64,000 nt of DNA from the human T2T-CHM13v2.0 reference genome, Homo sapiens. The number at the start of each line of letters is the position of its first letter. The stretch's first letter is position 1. Of the stretch, positions 53,225 through 64,000 are shown piece by piece. The notes beneath the pieces are model-generated. The model worked only from the letters and a program-made list of their open reading frames with translations. It made no database searches and was not told where the DNA came from. The stretch lies in assembly GCF_009914755.1 (NCBI RefSeq), contig NC_060929.1; one strand, 5' to 3'. Made by a program: the position numbers and the translations under genes.

Positions 53225-53660
53225 ATCTATTGTTTACTTTTAACTTTATTACACTTTGGCCAGAGAACATTGTTCACATACTATTCTTTGTTATTTCTTA
53301 AAACTTCCTTTGTAGGGTGGGTTGGAGTCAAATTTTGTAAATATTCCATGTATATCGAAAAACTATGAGTTTGCTCTGTACATTGGGCAAAGTAACATAT
53401 GCACACACACACATGTGCATACACACACACATGCATACATACACACATACATGCACACATAAATGTGATGAAAATAGTTTCTTATGTTCTCATCCCCCAT
53501 ATTTTCTTGATATTTTTGCCTCCTTGATCTATAAGTTTCTATTAAAATTTATTAAAATATCCAAGGAATACAGATTTCTCTATTGCTTCTTCTATATCTG
53601 CTAGATTTTTATTTAAGCATTTTAAGGTTGTGTTTAATTTTGGATTATTCTTTGGGTGAA
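53225..53660 (-). mobile_element. Ancient L1M ORF2 fragment with (CA)-rich insert
   Basis: gtcaaattttgtaaatattccatgtata...gaaaaactatgagtttgct resembles the reverse L1 EN region. Confidence 0.5.
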
Positions 53661-53917
53661 TAACGTGAATCTCATCTTGCCAAATGAGAAATTTGGTGTA
53701 GCTCTATGGTAGGACTGTGTCATGAACCCCCAGATATACTGTATTAGGAAGATGTTTGAGAACAAATGGTGTGGTTGATACTCAGAAAATTATTAGAGAT
53801 GAGCATGTGCTCCTTGATGGTAAGGATGAAATCTAATTCATTTCTATGTCTGCATTGCTCAGCTTATTCTCTAGGACACTGAGTTATCAATAAATGATTG
53901 CTGGGGACTGTAGAAGC

Positions 53918-55929
53918 TTTCTTTTCATTTCAACTTTTATTTTAGATTCAGGGGGTACACGTACAGGTTATTTACATGAATATATTGCATGATACTGATG
54001 TGAGGGGTATGAATAACCTCGTCATCCAGGTAGTGAGCATAGTACCCAATAGCTTTTCAACCACTGCTCCCTTTCTCCCTTCCCCCTTTAGTAGTCCCCA
54101 GTGTTTCTTGTTGCCATTCTTATGTTCACGTGAACCCAATGTTTAGCTCCCACATATAAGTGAGAACATGTGGTATTTGTTTTTTTTGTTTCTTCATTAG
54201 TGTGCATAGGTTAATGGCCTCCAGCTTCATCCATGTTGCTACAAAGGACATAATTCCATTATTTTTCATGGATCCATAGTATTTCATGGTATATTTGTAC
54301 CACATTTCTTTATCCAGTCCACATTGATTGGCACCGAGGATGATTCCATGTCTTTGCTATTGGGAATAGTGCTGCTATGAACACACATACTCAGTAGTGG
54401 GATTGCTGGATTAAATGGCAATTCTGTTCTAAGTTCTTTGAAAAATCTCTGTGGCTGAACTAATTTTCATTCCTCCCAACAATATAGAAGCATTCCCAGT
54501 GCTCTGCAGCCTCTCCAGTATCTAGTGTTTTTTGACTTTTTAATGGTAGCCATTCTGACTGGTGTGAGATGCTATCTCACTGTGGTTTTGATTTGCATTT
54601 TTCTGATGATTAGGGATGGTGAGAATTTTTACATATGTTTGCTGGCTATTTGTATGTCTTCTTTCGAGAAGTGTCTGTTCATGTATTTTGCCCACTCATC
54701 GATGAGGTTATGTGTTTTTTTGTCTGGTGAATTGTTTATATTCCATATAGATTATGTATATTAGACCTTTGTCGGATGCAGAGTTTGAAAATATTTTTTC
54801 CCATTCTGTAAGTTGTTTATTCTATTCATAGTCTATTTTGCTGTGCAGGAGCTCTTTAGTCTAATTGGGTCATGCTTGTCAACTTTTGTTTTTGTTGCAA
54901 TTGCTTTTGAGGACATAGTTATAAATTATTTCTCAAGGCCAATGTCCAGAATGGTATTTCCTAGGTTTTCTTCCAGAATTCTTATAGCTTGAGGTCTTAC
55001 ATTTAAATAGTTAATCCATCTTGAGTTAATATTTGCATATGGTAAAAGGACCAGTTTCATTCTTCTGCATATGGCTAGCCAGCCAGCTGGCCAAGCACTA
55101 TTTATTGAATAGAGAGTCCTTTCCTGATTGCTTATTTTTATTAACTTTGTCAAAGATCAGATGGCTGTAGGTGTGTGGCTTTATTTCTGGGTTCTCTATT
55201 CTGTTCTATTGGTCTATATGTTCTGTTTCTATAACCATGCTGCTTTGGTTACTGTAATCTTACAGTATAGCTTGAAGTCTGCTAATGTGAAGCCGCTGGC
55301 TTTGTTCTTTTTGCTTAGGATTATTTTGGCTATTCAGGCTCTTTTTGGTTCCACATAAATTTTAGCATAGTTTTTTCTAATTCTGTGAAAAACGATGTTG
55401 GTAGTTTGATAGACATAATGTGGAATCTGTACATTGCTTTGGGCAGTAAGGTCATTTTAACAATATTGATTCTTCCAATCCATAAGCATGAAACGTTTTT
55501 CCATCTTTGTTATTGGTCACCTCTAATTTCTTTTGGCAGTGTTCTGTAGCTTTTTTGTAGAGATCTTTCATCTCCTTGGTCAGAGGTATTGCTAGGTATT
55601 TCAGGATTTTTGTGGCTATTGTCAATGGGATTGCATTATTGCTCTTAGCTTGAACGTTTCTGGTTTATAGACATGCTACTGATTTTTATACATTGATTTT
55701 GTATATTGAAACTTTATTGAAGTCATTTATCAGTTCTAGAAGACTTTTTGTGAAGTCTTTAGTGTTTCTTAGGAACAAAATCATATCATCAGTGAAGGGA
55801 GATAATTTGATTTCTTATTTTCCTATTTGGATACCTGGTATTTCTTTCTCTTGCTTGATTACTCTAGCTAGAACTTCAGTACTATGTTGAATAGAAGTGG
55901 TGAGAGTGTTTTGTCTTGTTCCTCCTCTT
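53918..55929 (-). mobile_element. L1PA15/16-like host element, 3' part
   Basis: ttttattttagattcagggggtacac...ccaggtagtgagcatagtacccaatag 3'UTR, then decayed ORF2; continues at 61955. Confidence 0.88.
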
Positions 55930-56144
55930 TTTTTTTTTTATTATACTTTAAGTTTTAGGGTACATGTGCACATTGTGCAGGTTAGTTACATATGTATACA
56001 TGTGCCATGCTGGTGTGCTGCACCCACTAACTCATCATCTAGCATTAGGTATATCTCTCGATGCTATCCCTCCCCCCTCCCCCAACCCCACCACAGTCCC
56101 CAGAGTGTGATATTCCCCTTCCTGTGTCCATGTGATCTCATTGT

Positions 56145-59999
<3,855 letters not shown>

Positions 60000-61052
60000 T
60001 TAGTTGATGCAGTTTCTTCCTAGTCTCGATGGTCTTTCCATTTTGGCATGATTTTGCAGCGGCTGGTACCGGTTGTTCCTTTCCATGTTTAGCACTTCCT
60101 TCAGGAGCTCTTTTAGGGCAGGCCTGGTGGTGACAAAATCTCTCAGCATTTGCTTGTCTGTAAAGGATTTTATTTCTCCTTCACTTATGAAGCTTAGTTT
60201 GACTGGATATGAAATTCTGGGTTGAAAATTCTTTTCTTTAAGAATGTTGAATATTGGCCCCCACTCTCTTCTGGCTTGTAGGGTTTCTGCCGAGCGATCC
60301 GCTGTTAGTCTGATGGGCTTCCCTTTGAGGGTAACCCGACCTTTCTCTCTGGCTGCCCTTAACATTTTTTCCTTCATTTCAACTTTGGTGAATCTGACAA
60401 TTATGTGTCTTGGAGTTGCTCTTCTCAAGGAGTATCTTTGTGGCGTTCTCTGTATTTCCTGAATCTGAACATTGGCCTGCCTTGCTAGACTGGGGAAGTT
60501 CTCCTGGATAATATCCTGCAGAGTGTTTTCCAACTTGGTTCCATTCTCCCCATCACTTTCAGGTACACCAATCAGACGTAGATTTGGTCTTTTCACATAG
60601 TCCCATATTTCTTCGAGGCTTTGCTCATTTCTTTTTATTCTTTTTTCTCTAAACTTCCCTTCTCGCTTCATTTCACTCATTTCATCTTCCATTGCTGATA
60701 CCCTTTCTTCCAGTTGATCGCATCGGCTCCTGAGGCTTCTGCATTCTTCACGTAGTTCTCGAGCCTTGGTTTTCAGCTCCATCAGCTCCTTTAAGCACTT
60801 CTCTGTATTGGTTATTCTAGTTATACATTCTTCTAAATTTTTTTCAAAGTTTTCAACTTCTTTGACTTTGGTTTCAATGTCCTCCCATAGCTCAGAGTAT
60901 TTTGATCGTCTGAAGCCTTCTTCTCTCAGCTCGTCAAAGTCATTCTCCATCCAGCTTTGTTCCGTTGCTGGTGAGGAACTGCGTTCCTTTGGAGGAGGAG
61001 AGGCGCTCTGCGTTTTAGAGTTTCCAGGTTTTCTGTTCTGTTTTTTCCCCAT
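60000..61052 (-). CDS. L1 ORF1p, open, 350 aa (338 aa plus 12-aa read-through)
   Basis: MGKKQNRK...coiled coil...RRM...REKG, ARR...QNHAKM, then GAA in place of TAA. Confidence 0.95.
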   Translation of the reverse strand: MGKKQNRKPGNSKTQSASPPPKERSSSPATEQSWMENDFDELREEGFRRSKYSELWEDIETKVKEVENFEKNLEECITRITNTEKCLKELMELKTKARELREECRSLRSRCDQLEERVSAMEDEMSEMKREGKFREKRIKRNEQSLEEIWDYVKRPNLRLIGVPESDGENGTKLENTLQDIIQENFPSLARQANVQIQEIQRTPQRYSLRRATPRHIIVRFTKVEMKEKMLRAAREKGRVTLKGKPIRLTADRSAETLQARREWGPIFNILKEKNFQPRISYPVKLSFISEGEIKSFTDKQMLRDFVTTRPALKELLKEVLNMERNNRYQPLQNHAKMERPSRLGRNCIN

Positions 61053-61954
61053 CTTTGTGGTTTTATCTACTTTTGGTCTTTGATGATGGTGTTGTACAGA
61101 TGGGTTTTTGGTGTGGATGTCCTTTCTGTTTGTTAGTTTTCCTTCTAACAGACAGGACCCTCAGCTGCAGGTCTGTTGGAATACCCTGCCGTGTGAGGTG
61201 TCAGTGTGCCCCTGCTGGGGGGTGCCTCCCAGTTAGGCTGCTCAGGGGTCAGGGGTCAGGGACCCACTTGAGGAGGCAGTCTGCCGGTTCTCAGATCTCC
61301 AGCTGCGTGCTGGGAGAACCACTGCTCTCTTCAAAGCTGTCAGACAGGGACATTTAAGTCTGCAGAGGTTACTGCTGTCTTTTTGTTTGTCTGTGCCCTG
61401 CCCCCAGAGGTGGAGCCTACAGAGGCAGGCAGGCCTCCTTGAGCTGTGGTGGGCTGCACCCAGTTCTAGCTTCCTGGCTGCTTTGTTTACCTAAGCAAGC
61501 CTGGGCAATGGCGGGTGCCCCTCCCCCAGCCTCGCTGCCGCCTTGCAGTTTGATCTCAGACTGCTGTGCTAGCAATCAGTGAGATTCTGTGGGCGTAGGA
61601 CCCTCCGAGCCAGGTGTGGGATATAATCTCGTGGTGCGCCGTTTTTTAAGCCGGTCTGAAAAGCTCAATATTCGGGTGGGAGTGACCCGATTTTCCAGGT
61701 GCGTCCGTCACCCCTTTCTTTGACTCGGAAAGGGAACTCCCTGACCCCTTGCGCTTCCCAGGTGAGGCAATGCCTCGCCCTGCTTCGGCTCGCGCATGGT
61801 GCGCGCACCCACTGACCTGCGCCCACTGTCTGGCACTCCCTAGTGAGATGAACCCGGTACCTCAGATGGAAATGCAGAAATCACCCGTCTTCTGCGCCGC
61901 TCACGCTGGGAGCTGTAGACTGGAGCTGTTCCTATTCGGCCATCTTGGCTCCTC
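61053..61954 (-). promoter_or_regulatory. L1 5'UTR: internal sense promoter, antisense promoter, CpG-rich, YY1 site
   Basis: YY1 motif CAAGATGGC intact (gccatcttg near 61939-61948); the most CpG-dense part of the window (~61500-61950). Confidence 0.85.
61508..61723 (+). pseudogene. L1 ORF0, truncated at codon 25
   Basis: ATG GCG GGT GCC CCT CCC CCA (MAGAPPPASLPPCSLISDCCASNQ), then TGA at 61580-61582; the normal stop is at 61721-61723. Confidence 0.88.
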
Positions 61955-64000
61955 GTTCCTGCTCTTAAGGGAAATGTTTCCAGCTTTTGCCTGTTCAGTA
62001 TGAGGTTGGCTGTGGGTTTGTCATAAATGGTTTTCATTATTTTGAGGTATGCTCCTTCAATGTCTGGTTCCTTGAGGACTTTAACATGAAGGGATGTTGG
62101 ATTTAATAGAAAGCTTTTTCTGCATCTATTGAGAAGATTACATGGTTTTTTTCTTTTAATACTGTTTATGTGGTAAATTACATTTATTGATTTGCATACA
62201 TTGAACCAAACTTACAGCCCAAGAATGAAACCTACTTCACTATGGCAAACTAACTTTTTGATGAGCTGCTGAATTCAGTTTGCTAGTATTTTGTTGATGA
62301 TTTTTGCATCTATACACATCAGGAATACTGGCCTGTAGTTGTCTTTTTTGTTGTGTCTTTGCCAGGTTTTGGTATCAAGGTGATGCTGGATTTATAAAAT
62401 AAACTGTGGAGAAGTCCTTCCTTGTTCATTTTCTGGAATAATTTCACTGGAATTGGCACTAGCCCTTCTTTGGACATCTGGTAGAATTTGGCTGTGAATC
62501 CATCTGGTCCAGGGCTTTTTCTTGTTGGTAGGTTTTTTATTACCCATTAAGTTTCAGCACTCAATATTGGTCTGTTCAGTGTTTTAACTTCTTCTTGATT
62601 CAACCCTAAGAGGTTGTATGTTTCCAGGAATTTATTCATTTCTTCTGCATTTTCTAGTTTGTGTGTATAGAGGTGTTCATAACAGTCTCTGAAGATCTTT
62701 TGTATTTCCATGGGATTGGCTATAATATCACCTTTGCCATTTCTGATCATGCTTATTTCTATCTTTTCTCTTTTTTCTTTGTTAATCTAGCTAGCAATCT
62801 ATCAATCCTGTTTATCCTTTCAAAAAATCAAATTATAGTTTCATCAGTTCTTTGGATTATTGGGTCCCAACTTCATTCAGTTCTGCTATAATTTTAGTAT
62901 TTATTTTCTCCCGCTAGCTTTGGAATTAGTTTGCTCTTCATTTTCTAGTCCTTCTAGGTGTCACATTAGTTCATTAATTTGAGATATTTCTACCCTCTCG
63001 AGGTAGGCATTTAGTGCTATATACTCTCTTCTTAACACTGCTTTTGATGCATTTCAGAGATTGTGATATGTTTTGCTTCTGTTTTTATTTATTTCAAATA
63101 TTTTTTTTAATTTCTGCCTTAGTATTGTTTACACAAAAGTTATTCAGGAGCAAGTTACTTAATTTCCAGATAATTGTGTAGTTTTGGAGACATCTTCCTA
63201 GTATTAATTTTTACTTTCGTTCCACAGTGATGCAAGAGTATGCTTGGTATTATTTTCATTTTTTTGAATTTATTGAGACTGGCTTTATGGCTGGGCACAT
63301 GGTTGATCTTGGAGTACGTTCCACGTGCAGACAAGAAGAATGCATATTCTGTGGTTGATGGATGGGGTATTCTGTGGATGCCTATTAAGTCCAATTGGTC
63401 ATATGTCAATTTTAAGTCCAGAATTTGTTAGTTTTATTGCTCGATGATCTGTCTAATGCTGTCAGTGGGGTGTTGAAGGCCTCCTCTATTACCATGTGGC
63501 TAAGTCTTTTGGGAAGTCTAGAAGTATGTTTTATGAAACTGGCGCTCCAATATTGGGTTCATATATATTTAGGATACTTAAATCTTCCTGTTGAATTGAA
63601 ACCTTTATCATTATGTAATGCCCTTCTTTGTCCTTTTTTACTTTTTTATAATTTAAAGTCTGTTTTATCTGATATAAGAATGATTATCTCTGTTCTTTTT
63701 TGTTTTCAGTTTGCATGGTAGATCTCTCTCCAACCCTTTATTCTGAGCCTACTGGTGCTGTTACATGTGAGATGGGTCTCTTGAAGACAGAAGACAAGTG
63801 AGTTTTGTTTTTTTATCTAATTTCCCATTCGGTGCCTTTTAAGTGGGGTGTTTAGACCATTTACATTCAAGGTTAATATAGATATGTGAGGTTTTGATCC
63901 TATCATGAAGTTGATAGCTGGTTGCTTTGTAGTTTCCATTGTGTGGTTTCTTTATAGCATCTGTGGTCCATGTACTTAAGTGTGGTTATTTGTTGTTGTT
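61955..64000 (-). mobile_element. L1PA15/16-like host element, ORF2 5' part (runs off the window)
   Basis: Resumes host ORF2 at the insertion point ([24 protein letters not shown]); decayed RT, linker and EN fragments in ORFs 62547 and 63155. Confidence 0.88.

Overview
AT-rich primate (human-like; the species cannot be fixed from sequence alone) intronic or intergenic DNA dominated by transposable elements. I recognise no host protein-coding exon, RNA gene or CRISPR array; the only long ORFs are LINE-1 ORFs. Main landmarks: (1) a decayed full-length L1PA7-like element on + (13091-19509) with a TSD; (2) a young full-length L1PA2/PA3-like element on - (55930-61954) nested in an older L1PA15/16-like copy, whose ORF2 is in frame end to end apart from one TGG>TGA, whose ORF1 has lost its stop codon (+12 aa) and whose ORF0 is cut by CGA>TGA; (3) a 5'-inverted (twin-primed) L1MA; (4) nine Alu elements or monomers plus a duplicated Alu fragment, two Tigger-derived MITEs and several solo LTRs, including a complete MLT2A1 with a 5-bp TSD; (5) several local duplications not explained by transposition, including a complex direct+inverted rearrangement at 24.2-25.6 kb, a ~210-bp templated copy at 43.5 kb and a 47-bp tandem duplication that doubles a perfect DUX4 motif. 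I found no convincing new biological system. The best leads are the near-intact L1, the complex templated rearrangements and a speculative DUX4/LTR-linked minus-strand lncRNA. Subfamily names come from remembered consensus features and need Dfam/RepeatMasker confirmation.
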